Below are positions 20,405 through 31,171 of a stretch of DNA of 64,000 nucleotides, piece by piece. The notes beneath the pieces are model-generated. The model was not told the origin of the DNA, ran no database searches, and saw nothing but the letters and a program-made list of their open reading frames with translations. The DNA is from Terriglobia bacterium (lineage in GTDB: Bacteria; Acidobacteriota; Terriglobia; 20CM-2-55-15). The DNA is taken from the NCBI GenBank assembly GCA_963664115.2, contig CAXWPJ010000005.1:1-64000 (forward strand), in the 5' to 3' direction. Numbering within the stretch: position 1 is the stretch's first letter; every line of letters starts with the position of its first letter. The position numbers and the translations under genes are program-made.

Positions 20405-20644
20405 TTAATTCTGTAGAGGCACCCGGGTAGTCCTACCCTGCCTTTTGCGCGCCTCCATCCATTCCCTGACTTCGTCGGCGTCGAACCGAACGCATGGTTT
20501 CTTTTTCCCTGTGCCAATGTTTATATGAGGAATGAAGTCCATGCGCGCCCACTCATAGACGGTGCTCACGGCAACATTGAGCAGCTTCGAAACCTCATTG
20601 GCTTTCGCAAGCCTCTTGTCGATCGTTCTAATTGTTGCTGTCAT
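20405..20644 (-). CDS. Excisionase-like HTH protein
   Basis: EVSKLLNVAVSTVYEWAR...IP...VRFD...EW. Confidence 0.75.
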   Translation of the reverse strand: MTATIRTIDKRLAKANEVSKLLNVAVSTVYEWARMDFIPHINIGTGKKKPCVRFDADEVREWMEARKRQGRTTRVPLQN

Positions 20645-20924
20645 AGCTTTTTAGCCTCTTCTTTTTCGTCGCAGCAAGTTGCTTCTAAATTAAATCACGA
20701 CGGATTGTTATTTGTTTAGGCGCCAGCGCTCGACTGACGCCGCCTCTGAACATCCTTCTCCTTCGAACTTATCCGACCGCAAGGACCCCCAGGCGCCACG
20801 CCAAGGGACTCCTGGACTTTGATTTCATTTATTATGCGTGCTCGCGTGTCGGTCTCGAATTTGGGTCCCATCTCGCTGCTTCGGCGTAGAAAGAAAACAC
20901 GCGCGTCTGACTGTCCCGAGGGGC

Positions 20925-21236
20925 CCCAACGCGTCCCCAGTTGCGTGGGGACACGGAACCTCATGATTCCATGCGAGAAAGGTCGTTTGTCCCCAAGTCC
21001 CCACGCGAGGGACTGTGTGTATGAATGTTCATCTTCTTTTACTAATCATTTTTTATAATTCTTGATCTCTTAATCAGTAGTTCTTAAATAGGTTCAGATT
21101 TAAGAACAATTACAGAGTTAGATCTAAACAGATAAACAGACACACACAAGCTGGGGACTGGTGACAAACACCGCATCCCCTTTTGCATCAATCCGATAGG
21201 CGTCCCCACGGCAATGGGGACGGCGTTGGGGACGCA
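20925..21236. other. Putative replication origin (iteron-like repeats around an AT-rich core)
   Basis: Multiple GTCCCCA / TGGGGAC copies in both orientations flank an AT-rich tract at about 21025-21140, directly downstream of the DUF3987-like gene. Confidence 0.5.
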
Positions 21237-22460
21237 TCAGCTTGCCTTCCTTTGTTCTTCACCTCGTAGCCAGTAGGTCTTGGAATCGACGGGCCGACCA
21301 ATTTCTCCCGCCTCCTCGAGTCCGTTCAGCGCCCTGCCAAAAAATTCTGTGCCTTCTCGCTCGGCGTGAACCTTCCTGTAAAGGTGACGGTACGTCTGCG
21401 GTCCGCTCACGGCAGTTAACGCCTTCATGATCTTCTGCTGGAGCGCAGCGACGGGATTGTTGGCGATCCCGGGAAACCACCGCCGTCGAATGTCGACTTG
21501 GTAACGCAGGAACTCAATCACCGCACGAACTGTTTTGGCACGGATCACGCGGTCGTCTTGGAGGAGGGTGAGGATGACCATCAATCGTTCGCCGATTCCG
21601 TCGATCCGATTGAAGACAGCTTCGTCGGTCTTGATCTCTTCCATGTAGAACTTGGCCCAAAGCCGCTCCGCATGGGTGCCAGCAAAGCGAACTCGAATCT
21701 TCCCGTCGGTGGCTGCTTGAGCTTCCGTTTGGACCTTCTCGATGAAACCCCTTAGCTTCTCCGTCAATGCATCCAATCGCACCTGATCGGGCAACGGAGG
21801 GTTCGGCAGGCGGGTCGTCGGTTCACCGTATACCAGCGTCCAACGCGAGAGAAACCCGCTGTCGACGTCGTCTGCCGTCCAAAGATCCGAGAAGCGATCG
21901 GTCGTGGAGTTCGCGAGCATGGCGAGGTGGGCGTCCGTGATAACGACACTGTTTTGTTGGACGACATTTGAGTAGCTGTTGCTTTCGTAAAGGACCTGCA
22001 ACGGCACCACACCGGCGGTGCCCGAAACTTTGGCCTTCCTGAACAGCACTTCGAGTTCGTCTAGATAGATCACGCAGACCTTCGTCGAGGCATTAGACGG
22101 AGCACTAATGATTGCCCGAAGAATGCCTTCCGACGATCCGAATCCATCGACGAAGGTCAAATCGGTCGGGTCGACAGCCCCTCGTATAACCTCTACCGCT
22201 CTCTTCGCGGCGGTCGATTTGCGTCCGAAACCTGAAGGTCCGATGTTGCAGGTGTAGAGCCGGGGTTGTGCTTGGGTCCCATTTCCGCGCTCAACGTACG
22301 GCGACATCAACGCGCCGAACGCGGTCACGAACGCCGACCAGAGGAACTCGCGCGGAGATTCGGTCGTCGGCGTAAAGATGTCTACGAACTCTTTGGAGAG
22401 TCCGGTAATTACAGAGTCTGGGAACGTGGGTGTTGTAGTGTTTGTTGGAGATGCTTTCAC
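21237..22460 (-). CDS. DUF3987/YfjI-like replication-associated P-loop NTPase
   Basis: GPSGFGRKST, SSEGI, YLDEL, SGFLSR motifs; possible C-terminal winged helix. Confidence 0.75.
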   Translation of the reverse strand: MKASPTNTTTPTFPDSVITGLSKEFVDIFTPTTESPREFLWSAFVTAFGALMSPYVERGNGTQAQPRLYTCNIGPSGFGRKSTAAKRAVEVIRGAVDPTDLTFVDGFGSSEGILRAIISAPSNASTKVCVIYLDELEVLFRKAKVSGTAGVVPLQVLYESNSYSNVVQQNSVVITDAHLAMLANSTTDRFSDLWTADDVDSGFLSRWTLVYGEPTTRLPNPPLPDQVRLDALTEKLRGFIEKVQTEAQAATDGKIRVRFAGTHAERLWAKFYMEEIKTDEAVFNRIDGIGERLMVILTLLQDDRVIRAKTVRAVIEFLRYQVDIRRRWFPGIANNPVAALQQKIMKALTAVSGPQTYRHLYRKVHAEREGTEFFGRALNGLEEAGEIGRPVDSKTYWLRGEEQRKAS

Positions 22461-22939
22461 TCTGCACCTCCTTCGGCCGCGGACTCGTCGTTCGAATCTT
22501 CGGTCGACAAATAGAATTCTCGTTTGAACCGCTTCAGCGTTGTTGAATCTGGATCGTTCTCGTAACCGAGCAGGTAGTACTGTTCGTCAGCCAGACCTGT
22601 CGGGGACAAACCTACGATTCTTTGCGTTCCATCGGACTCCGAAACCAAAGCCCATCCGACAAGCGGTTCGCTCCAGGTTTCTAAGTTTCCATTTAAAGGG
22701 AGGCCGCGTATCGAGCACCAATCGTCTGCCGGGATGATGGCAGTGATGGTTCGCGACAGTGCGCCTGATTTGCTTGTTGTAACTGGGAGAGAGTTATTGG
22801 GTCCGTCTTCAGAGGCAGGCTGGACTCGTTCTGTAGCGACAGAATCCTTAGAGTTGTTTGTTGGTGACGTCCCACTGGCACTCAGGTGTGGCTCGTGACT
22901 CTCGGTTGGTTCCGGGTTGCTATTCTTCTGACTTGTCAT
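22457..22939 (-). CDS. Hypothetical protein
   Basis: ORF coupled to both neighbours. Confidence 0.5.
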   Translation of the reverse strand: MTSQKNSNPEPTESHEPHLSASGTSPTNNSKDSVATERVQPASEDGPNNSLPVTTSKSGALSRTITAIIPADDWCSIRGLPLNGNLETWSEPLVGWALVSESDGTQRIVGLSPTGLADEQYYLLGYENDPDSTTLKRFKREFYLSTEDSNDESAAEGGAE

Positions 22940-23624
22940 TTCTACTGTCCTTCGATGTGGAAGTTAATGTCCGATTTCCATCAGATCCTGACTCCACGTT
23001 GCCGGGCTGACGCACTCGTTGAATATCGGCCTCACTCGGACGTCCAAACTGAACAATCCGTGCTTGGGCCTTGATTCGTTCAAAATCGAATTCGATCTTC
23101 GGAATCGGTTTCCCGTCTTTGCCCTTCGGAAAGGTTGACATCGCTCTGCGGACGACCTTCCGGGCTTCCCTTGAATAGGCTTGCCACTGGGTGTCGATCA
23201 TGACGAGCGGTTCTGATTCAAGGGCCTTCACAAGTCCCTTGACGAGAGACTTGGGTGACCTCAGCGACCTTCGATCGACGCCGAGCGCATCGAGCAGGCG
23301 CGAAATTCCGGTCAACTTCTGGCCGTTCCAGCGATAAGGGATCGTCGTGACACGGTCGTACAGACAGCGACCTACTATGTTCTGGTTCGACCGTCCCAGA
23401 GCACGGACAACTGTGGCTTCTAGATAGACCTCGATGTACTTCTTGGAGGTCTTTCTGGCCTCTCTCGTTCTTGTCCCGTTGTACTTGAGCCGAACAGGAT
23501 ATCGGCCGTCATCCGGCAACCACAGATCGTTTGGGTCTGAAGTGTCTATCTCTATTTCGGGTTCGTCGGAAAAGTCCCGTTTGAGGAACTCCTCGACATC
23601 CACGGTTATCAGTTTTGATGTCAA
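22920..23624 (-). CDS. Hypothetical protein, possibly a phage-type ssDNA-binding protein
   Basis: LPDDGRYPVRL N-terminal motif and position in a replication operon; function is inferred. Confidence 0.45.
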   Translation of the reverse strand: MTSKLITVDVEEFLKRDFSDEPEIEIDTSDPNDLWLPDDGRYPVRLKYNGTRTREARKTSKKYIEVYLEATVVRALGRSNQNIVGRCLYDRVTTIPYRWNGQKLTGISRLLDALGVDRRSLRSPKSLVKGLVKALESEPLVMIDTQWQAYSREARKVVRRAMSTFPKGKDGKPIPKIEFDFERIKAQARIVQFGRPSEADIQRVRQPGNVESGSDGNRTLTSTSKDSRNDKSEE

Positions 23625-23750
23625 AATCTAACTCCTTGGTCCGCTGTCGGTGAAGTCCCCGACGTATTGAAAGCATCGATTGGTTTGATCATCGCTATGT
23701 CCTCTTTGAAGTGCATCTGCCCGGGATTGGCCGAGCAGATACTTATTTAG

Positions 23751-24059
23751 TTAACCCAACCGACGTTTGACTTGCGTTAGCCACGGTCGGTGTCGGTCGA
23801 AACAGTCCTGACAGATGTCCATGTCAATTAGGTTGTCGAAGAACCCTACGTATCGATCCTCGAGCCCGGGTTCATCTCGAAACGATCGGCACCAAGTTGT
23901 CCCGTCGTCATCGATCCAACAGGTAACGTAGTCGCCGGTATCGAGTTTGCGGAGAGAAGGGATAGAACCCTCGTCCTCCACTGTCGGAGAGGTTCCGGAA
24001 ACCTCGTAGGCATCCAGATCTGCCTCATTCGATTCGAAAGATCTGTTCTTGCTTTGCAT
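23751..24059 (-). CDS. Hypothetical protein
   Basis: ORF with GAGG RBS and a CxxC motif. Confidence 0.4.
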   Translation of the reverse strand: MQSKNRSFESNEADLDAYEVSGTSPTVEDEGSIPSLRKLDTGDYVTCWIDDDGTTWCRSFRDEPGLEDRYVGFFDNLIDMDICQDCFDRHRPWLTQVKRRLG

Positions 24060-24376
24060 GTGTATTTTTCCTCTCATTGTGCCGGCGGGCGGGCCACCGG
24101 ATCGTTTACTGTTGCACCGACCAACCAGCGCGAGGTCAATGCGTGAAAGTCACTCTTTTCGCCATCGTCGGATGCTCGATCTTTGCGTGTTCGAAATATT
24201 TAGACGACCCGTAAACACTTTAGTTAGTTATGTTTACGCACCATTCAGGCGAGGCTAGTAGGTTCCAGCTATCAACTACTATTCTCTGTACTTTAGGAGG
24301 TCCTGGAAGAATCAGCGCGGCTAGCTGTCTGGCGTTCAGTAAGAAGCGAAGAAGCGGAAAGGCAGTATGACGGGCG

Positions 24377-25261
24377 TCAGCGACGATTCCGCTCCATCCG
24401 CTGGCGCTCCTTCGTTTTCAGCGAGTAAATGTTGTGCCGGTGTCGTTTGTCTTTGTACGCAGCGACCCACGACCCCGGCCACCACTCTTTCCATGAGGCC
24501 AACGGTGGCGTCCTCCGCTGGTCGAGCTTCTCTGCGAATTTTCGGCCTTCCCAGCCCTTTCTGATGGCATACCGGACATTCTTCTGTGTTTCGGTTAGTG
24601 GCGGAAGGCGGCCTGATTTCTTCTTGTAATCGGAGTGCTGTGCCGCGATATCGATCAAGGCCTGTCCTCTCGCTCGCTGCAACCGCTCGCCAACCACTCC
24701 CCAAATGCGAAAATGAACTTCCGCCGTCAACAACTCTGTTGACTCCTTACCCAAACGCCCTTTGTCATCGACTTGCCCATTTTCCTCATCTAGCCACGCG
24801 GGGGCACGCCAACTCGCGATCTGACTGTCGAGATCAATTCGGGATCCCGTCACGGCGGCAACCCAGTGAACTACATCCTTGAAGGCTCGGCCACCGTCTT
24901 CCCGCCAGTTGTCGACATGGGCGTCGGCAGTGCCGAACTGGTGGGGCGGATCCCCCAGGTGGAACTTCAGAAGGTCGACGGTTTTGTCGTAGGCCCAATC
25001 AATGGTGCGATCGGGATCGTGAAGCCTCTGCGGTGCGGTCCCCAAAAAGTCCTTGAACACCCTTGCCGCGTGATTCCCGACGATCCTCATCCACAACTTG
25101 AGGTGCTTTTTAAAGACGGCTCTCTTTTCATACGGAGCGGCTCGTTGAAGAGCGAGCATTGCTCTGAGTTCTGCCTGGTGCCATAACACCTGGAAGTTCG
25201 TTTGACTTTGCTCGATAGCCTCTAAGGCACGGCTCTGTGCGAGGTCACTTCGCGTTGGCAT
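24377..25261 (-). CDS. Hypothetical protein
   Basis: 294-aa ORF with no recognised motif. Confidence 0.5.
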   Translation of the reverse strand: MPTRSDLAQSRALEAIEQSQTNFQVLWHQAELRAMLALQRAAPYEKRAVFKKHLKLWMRIVGNHAARVFKDFLGTAPQRLHDPDRTIDWAYDKTVDLLKFHLGDPPHQFGTADAHVDNWREDGGRAFKDVVHWVAAVTGSRIDLDSQIASWRAPAWLDEENGQVDDKGRLGKESTELLTAEVHFRIWGVVGERLQRARGQALIDIAAQHSDYKKKSGRLPPLTETQKNVRYAIRKGWEGRKFAEKLDQRRTPPLASWKEWWPGSWVAAYKDKRHRHNIYSLKTKERQRMERNRR

Positions 25262-25399
25262 CGGTCCGATCCTTCGCTGGATGGTATACGAAAGGACTAC
25301 TCTTGAGACGATTGAATAGTCAAAGGCTAGAGTAGTCGAGGGGGTGAGTAGAATCAGGGAGCGTTCACTGGACGGTCTTTTTCACAGCAGGTCATATGA

Positions 25400-25627
25400 C
25401 TACAGCTTGGCCTTCCTGATCAATTCCGACAACCGTACTCCCAGCACCGACGCCAAACTATGCATCACACCCAGCGTCGGATTCCTCTGCCCTCGCTCGA
25501 TGCCGCCCACATAGCTGATGTCCAGACCGCAGGCGTCGGCCAGACCCTGCTGACTCATCTCTAGCTTGAGACGCTGAGCGCGGACGGCACCACCAAACTG
25601 GCGTGCCACGGCTAGGGGCGGCTGCAT
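25400..25627 (-). CDS. XRE-family HTH regulator (C-protein-like)
   Basis: FGGAVRAQRLKLEMSQQGLA...SYVGGIERGQRNPTL. Confidence 0.85.
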   Translation of the reverse strand: MQPPLAVARQFGGAVRAQRLKLEMSQQGLADACGLDISYVGGIERGQRNPTLGVMHSLASVLGVRLSELIRKAKL

Positions 25628-26168
25628 CGGGCGAGCGTAAAGCTTGCCGACTATAATCGTTAGGGACTATAGTCACTAGCACTCGCAGACCTTCTGAAAA
25701 CTACTGGAAACCTCTCATGTTGCTCGTCGCGCTTCTCTTGGTACCGGCCCTGGTCTTGCGCTTTGCCATCATCTTCAGACCACTTCATCGCCTGTCGGCG
25801 GGAGGAGTGGTCGGAGTGCTTTTCATAGCGGAACTCTTTCTCGCCGAAAATCCGACGGCTGTTGGCGCTATTTCCTTTCTAGTCTTGTCATGGTCGAGCC
25901 AGCGCAGGAAACCTAACAGGCGTGACGAATCTCACACGACTCTCACACGAGGACGAAAAAAATCCTCCGGCGTCGACTAAGGACTATATTTTTTGTTCCT
26001 CCTGCGGGTTCGAACAATGGATCGGTTATTCGACGTGTCAGAAGTGCGGAACCGTCTTCGAGAAGAATTCGAAGGGATAAAGGACGACATCCTTATGGAC
26101 GAACCCATCAGCAAGCACGGTCTTGACCTGCCACCCGAGCCTCAAAGTCACAGGTCGACAGGAGATGA

Positions 26169-26588
26169 GTGGTGGAGCTGATTAGCGGATTCATCAAATG
26201 GCTGATTCAAACGGCTCTCTTTTTCGCCATATTTCACCTCGCGGTACCGACCGTTGTGCATGCCTGGACAAAGAATAGCTGGGGGAAATTGCCTGTAATG
26301 GTCCTGCTGGGCATCGCATCCGGAAGTTTGATGGCATATTTCGAGTACGTCCCGTTTCTACTCTTGGTCATTTGGCTAACGTCAGTTCACTCGGGCCTGA
26401 AGGTGATGTCCGAAACAGAATTTGAAGAGGAGCACATGACGAATGTCGGCGCGCCCGTTGCTCTCAGAGTCTACCGAATTTCTATGTATTCCTACGTGTT
26501 CGTATCATGTTTAGTGGCGGTGTTGCTCCAGACCACTGTAGTCGGCCCGGACGGAGAATTAACTTTATTACGGTTCATTTTCAGCTAG
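26169..26588 (+). CDS. Hypothetical membrane protein
   Basis: About four hydrophobic segments; GGAG RBS. Confidence 0.5.
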   Translation: MVELISGFIKWLIQTALFFAIFHLAVPTVVHAWTKNSWGKLPVMVLLGIASGSLMAYFEYVPFLLLVIWLTSVHSGLKVMSETEFEEEHMTNVGAPVALRVYRISMYSYVFVSCLVAVLLQTTVVGPDGELTLLRFIFS

Positions 26589-26855
26589 TTTTTCGAACCC
26601 CCATGACGAAAGAACTTGACCGCCGCAGTCCTTCGACCTTCTAATAATCCTTAGCATCAGGAGTGGTTCGGTACTTACCGAACCCGGCAACCGGTACGGA
26701 GAGACACGGTGCCTTTGACGCCGAAAGCGTCAGATGTGCGAGACGACTCGAAACAACTCTCCAACACCAACCGTCGCCCTGCCCTGTGCAGGGCGTTCGT
26801 ATTTTCGCCCTCCTGGTGCGTGTCGAATCATTTCGATCTAGCCCAGGAGGTAACG

Positions 26856-27482
26856 ATGCCGAAAATAAGAGTCTACGGAGTAACTGAAAACAACGCCCCG
26901 ACCGATGTCGACTACTCCAAAATGTCGATCTGCTCGACGTGCTGCGAAATCAAAGGCCCGTGGCGATATCTGGATGACGGCTCGGGCGGCCACCGGCAGA
27001 AGTGCGACTGCGACAGAAAATCGGGAACGCGCGCAAGAACCTGGCCGGGCTTCGATTTCAACACCACCATCGAGTCCTGTTATTGCTGCGGCCTCGAATT
27101 GCTGAGCAGTGGTTCGAGATGGGCGTTGTGATTCTGCGGAGACTGCGTGACGAACGTGGTTGGCTTCAACAACCAGCACCAGGCGTACCTGATACCGATC
27201 GGAAGGCATTCGCTGCACGCAGGCGCTGGTCTAACAATCGACGAGATAACGAATAAAGCTAAAGTCGACGAGTTTGCCAGGGGATGGGCCGGTACGGTCG
27301 GCGGGATCAAAGCACTCTCGATGTGGGCCCACCAGATCGTCGCGTCGAACCTCGACGCGTTCGGCTTCGACCGTCGGAACGACACCCCGCTGTCGGACTA
27401 TCTGGCTGCAATCGCGCGACAACCGGTGGACAAGCACAGGGCTTTCACTCAGCTCTGTGAATTCATAGGAGGGCTGTCTTGA
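26856..27482 (+). pseudogene. Cys-rich hypothetical protein split by an in-frame TGA
   Basis: AGGAGG RBS. Several CxxC motifs continue across the TGA at 27129-27131 (SRWAL*FCGDC) into ORF 27147-27482. Confidence 0.5.
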
Positions 27483-28063
27483 TGGACACTCGCATCACCG
27501 ACTACGACCTCGACCTCCTCACACCCGGCCTGTCCGTAGACAACGCCCTCGTTCTGTTCAAGTCCGCATGCAACAAACGCGACACGCTCTTCATCACGCC
27601 GTCGTGGTTCGACTGGCGCGAGGCGCGACTACGCACCCTCCTGGATGACCCGATCACTGCCGACCATGCCCAGGCCCTGCGCGAGACCGTGCTAGAAACC
27701 ATTCACGTCGACGAGGTCCTTGTCTGGCTTGAGAACGACCCGCTGCGCTGGTCAGAGTTCGCCGCCGAACAGAAACGCGTCAGAGAGGGTCTAGACGCGA
27801 TGTCGAAGGCCGAACACGACGCCCGGTTCAAGGTAGAGTTCGAGGCCGCTCTCAAGGAAGCACGCAACCAGCCTCGGCCCGAGTGCCCGAACTGCGACCC
27901 GGAAGGCTATATGATCCCGGTCAGCTACGGGCTACTCGATGAGGTCTGGGCGGCTGTCGCTGGCGCCGGGGAAATGGTGAACGGCGGGTGTATGATCGGG
28001 GAGGACCGGTGGGTTTGTAGGAAATGTGGTCTACGGTTTGCAGATGAAGAAGCAGTCGAATAA
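27479..28063 (+). CDS. Hypothetical protein with C-terminal zinc ribbon
   Basis: CPNC...YG...GGC...WVCRKCG. Confidence 0.55.
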   Translation: MMDTRITDYDLDLLTPGLSVDNALVLFKSACNKRDTLFITPSWFDWREARLRTLLDDPITADHAQALRETVLETIHVDEVLVWLENDPLRWSEFAAEQKRVREGLDAMSKAEHDARFKVEFEAALKEARNQPRPECPNCDPEGYMIPVSYGLLDEVWAAVAGAGEMVNGGCMIGEDRWVCRKCGLRFADEEAVE

Positions 28064-28246
28064 TCAGCAGAGAATCTTCCAGGTCTACATTCACATCTAC
28101 GCTTGCTGAATACTGAACCGACGAGGGGAGGGGCCAGGCGCCAGACATGGGACTCCGACTGTTGGTTCCATCACCTTCAATACTCCCAGCTTCTCAGTTT
28201 CTTAGCCCATATAGGAATGAAAATCTGAGAAACTGGCTCTGCCACC

Positions 28247-28279
28247 CCAGTCACCCCTTCTCTACCCCGGCTATATGTC
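28247..28279 (+). repeat. 33-bp direct repeat, copy 1
   Basis: CCAGTCACCCCTTCTCTACCCCGGCTATATGTC; 1 mismatch to 29993-30025. Confidence 0.75.
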
Positions 28280-28364
28280 GGAATATTGGCATGTCATGGG
28301 GTATTGAACGGAATAGAAACGCCGTGACACCCATGACACGGGTGGCATCCACCCTTACTCAGAA

Positions 28365-29909
28365 TCAGGTGCGCTTGACGCTTTTGCCCAGTGCCATCAG
28401 AAAGATTGCACTCTTACCGGAGGCGTGGGGTGAAAAGAACTCGACCACCTCGTCGTCGTAGAATGTGAGCCCCGTAGCGCCGAGACGCTGGGCGTAGGCA
28501 GCCAGATAGAGTTTTCCACCGAGGATTCCGGCTTCGAGCTGAACGGCACGGTATCCGCGATTCCCGAACCGTTCTAAGATCGGCCCGAGGTCTGCTAGAA
28601 AGAAGACCGCAACACTGGCGTCGCCGGGGAGCGGTTGGTCCAAACCCAGGTGTGCGGCCATGCCTCGGAAATCACCTTGTTTTAAGAGTTCTAGCTTGTT
28701 CTCTTTGGGGTGGTACGTATAGGAACCGGGTTGGATTCCGTCCACCGCGTTCACGATCAGATAAATGTCATTCAAGGATGACCCGAAAGGAGTCAGAAAG
28801 TCCGCGCGAATGCCACGCGTCGCGCGGTAGAGCATGGTCGAGAGCTGTTCCATCGTCAACGATACCCGCGCGAACTGCCGTGTCGATCCGCGTCTGAGGA
28901 TCACGCTTTCGATGCTGTCGTGGGGGATCTGACTGTCAGACAGCGGCAAGAGAGAAACGGCTCTGTTTTCTAAAGACGGTCTCGGGGCGACCGGAATACT
29001 CCCGCTCCACGCCGCAACGTCATCTACAGTCTCAAGCGACGACGCCTGGTGTATTCGGTTCATCTCAGGGTATTGCACCTCGCTCTTTGAAAGAGGCACC
29101 GTGTCGAGGTTCAGTGGCGTGACTTCCCTTCGAGACGTTCCGGGAGAAGCGGACCCAAAACCCAGAGGGATCATCGAAAATACCACTTCTCGTTCCGTAT
29201 CGAGGTCTAGCAAACGATTGACCTCAGAGTCGACAAAGCCACACGTCACTTGTGCCGTGAGACCGAGAGCATCCGCAACGGCCAACGTGTTCGCAAGGAT
29301 CGTGCCGTTATCCCAGCCGAAATGACGATACGTTCGAGCCTGATACTTCCAGGCGTTCCGCCAGTAAGTGCCAGTGCAGATCATGATCACAGGAGCCCGA
29401 ACCACTGCCGGATCGTTCCCGCTTGCCTGGAACAGCACACTTCGAAAATCCCCTTCGCGCAGTCGTCGCAGGCCAAAGTCGCCCGGACCGAACTGGTATA
29501 CGCCTGCGCTTAGCCCTTCAAGATCGCTGCATACGATGTACAACTCGATCTCATAGAGCGCTCCCGTGCAGGATGCGGCGCGGAAGTACTGTGTACCACC
29601 CGGGTAATCGACTTTCTTGGTGACGCCTGCTGAAAAGTACAGCAACTGGCTCAGTTGTTTCAGGTCCGGAACAGTTTCGGTTGCCGTGTCGAACTCGGTT
29701 GTCGACACTGCCTGGAGCGCCGGAACCCCGGTCCTGGCAATCGACGGATCCAGCCGGATCGGTTCCAGTTTGGGATACGGAATCGGTTCCTTGAACGGAA
29801 TGGGCTTATTCGACCAATCCATCCAATGAGCATTGCTCCGAACGCTCGACTGCGAATGTTTTGTTGCGTCGTGATACTCCCGCGCGGCCTTTGTGTTTCG
29901 GTTGGTCAT
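28365..29909 (-). CDS. SagB/ThcOx-family nitroreductase-like dehydrogenase (two domains)
   Basis: YHDATKHS, RAASCTGALY, WKYQARTYRH, RRGSTRQF, RGYR...LEAG, GATGLTFYDD. Confidence 0.88.
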   Translation of the reverse strand: MTNRNTKAAREYHDATKHSQSSVRSNAHWMDWSNKPIPFKEPIPYPKLEPIRLDPSIARTGVPALQAVSTTEFDTATETVPDLKQLSQLLYFSAGVTKKVDYPGGTQYFRAASCTGALYEIELYIVCSDLEGLSAGVYQFGPGDFGLRRLREGDFRSVLFQASGNDPAVVRAPVIMICTGTYWRNAWKYQARTYRHFGWDNGTILANTLAVADALGLTAQVTCGFVDSEVNRLLDLDTEREVVFSMIPLGFGSASPGTSRREVTPLNLDTVPLSKSEVQYPEMNRIHQASSLETVDDVAAWSGSIPVAPRPSLENRAVSLLPLSDSQIPHDSIESVILRRGSTRQFARVSLTMEQLSTMLYRATRGIRADFLTPFGSSLNDIYLIVNAVDGIQPGSYTYHPKENKLELLKQGDFRGMAAHLGLDQPLPGDASVAVFFLADLGPILERFGNRGYRAVQLEAGILGGKLYLAAYAQRLGATGLTFYDDEVVEFFSPHASGKSAIFLMALGKSVKRT

Positions 29910-29992
29910 TGATTACCGCTATCCTCACAGACAAACGCGGACCTGTCCAATCGCTTCTGCTTGGCAAGCTCTCCCGTGCCATAGGTGTCACA

Positions 29993-30025
29993 CCAGTCAC
30001 CCCTTCTCTATCCCGGCTATATGTC
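29993..30025 (+). repeat. 33-bp direct repeat, copy 2
   Basis: See 28247-28279. Confidence 0.75.
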
Positions 30026-30699
30026 AGGTTCTGGGTCTATATATGAATATTGAGAGAAGTGGAAAGCCGTGACTGGGGTGGTAGGTGTGGTATTCGGGCT
30101 ATTTGCTCTGTTCAATAGCCTTGATTATTTGATCAGCGAGATTCTGCCATCGAGTCCTGCCAACCTTTCGCTCGTAGGTGTCCAGTTTGCCGGTGACGGG
30201 TTCAAGCCATCCCCACTTGATCGCCAATTTCAAATGAGGCTCGTATTCCTGTTGGTCTGGAGTGCTTTCCGGGTCGACACCACCCACCATTCCCTGGATG
30301 TTCTCAAGAGTTACTATCAGGGCGTGGTCACAATACAACAGACGATCTTACTGCGCGCCATGCGTTTGCGAAAATTCCACTAAAGATCAGCATAGATCTG
30401 AAAAAAGGTGAGTACTCATTGGCATAGAAATGGGGAGGGACCGAAACAGCCACAGCACATTCACGATGACGATGAATCTGCAGAATGGAGATTGTTCGAT
30501 CACCTGAGTTACCAGACGTGGGTCGTTCGTTACGGATTGAGATTAAGCGGCCCAGAAACGATTACTCACAGCGGAGGCTTGCAAGAATTCTCGTCTCTAC
30601 GAAGAGTCGATTACTCAGTAGTGGGAAGAATCGATAAACACTTCGGCGTTTATCGCGGGTAATCGGTGTCGATAGCACCCAAGGTCGCAACCAGTGATG

Positions 30700-31171
30700 A
30701 TCCGGCGGTAGGCAGGATTCAGGTTGACCAATATCAGACCTGCCTTGGCCGTGGCAAACTGGGTGACGATCCACTGGATGTTATTGGGGGATCAGACCCC
30801 GACTCGGTCTCCGGGTCGGAGGCCCAGCTTCAAGAGCCCGGCGGCGAACCGATCTGCGGCCGCCCCCAGCTGCCGATAACTCCAGGGACGCCCTGGAGTT
30901 GACGATCCACTGGATGTTATTGGGGGATCAGACCCCGACTCGGTCTCCGGGTCGGAGGCCCAGCTTCAAGAGCCCGGCGGCGAACCGATCTGCGGCCGCC
31001 CCCAGCTGCCGATAACTCCAGCGGACGCCCTGGTCGCGCACCACGACCGCTTCGCGTTCGCCCCAGCGGGCGGACGGCTTCGTCCAGCACTTCGCCCACC
31101 GTCGCGTACCTCAAGGGGTGGCGGGTGGTCCCACATACGTAGCTCTTGTCTGCAGCGGACATGAGGGCCAC
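30700..31171 (-). pseudogene. Acyl-CoA synthetase (AMP-binding) N-terminal fragment with internal duplication
   Basis: SYRQL...AAGLLKLGLRPGDRVGV*SPN...[19 protein letters not shown], with stop and frameshifts. About 120 bp duplicated with a 136-bp period. Confidence 0.7.

Noticed and set aside
21067-21080. 14-bp match to the tRNA anticodon arm (CTCTTAATCAGTAG) read as a second att end
   Set aside because: It lies inside the AT-rich origin-like region with iterons on both sides and no arm repeats; may be chance.
27129-27131. TGA in the Cys-rich ORF read as selenocysteine
   Set aside because: Single copy, no convincing downstream hairpin, and the context fits a TGG-to-TGA mutation.
28365-29909. 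SagB gene read as part of a RiPP cluster with the 58669-58869 peptide
   Set aside because: The two are 29 kb apart, no YcaO or other maturase is present, and stand-alone two-domain SagB-like genes are common.
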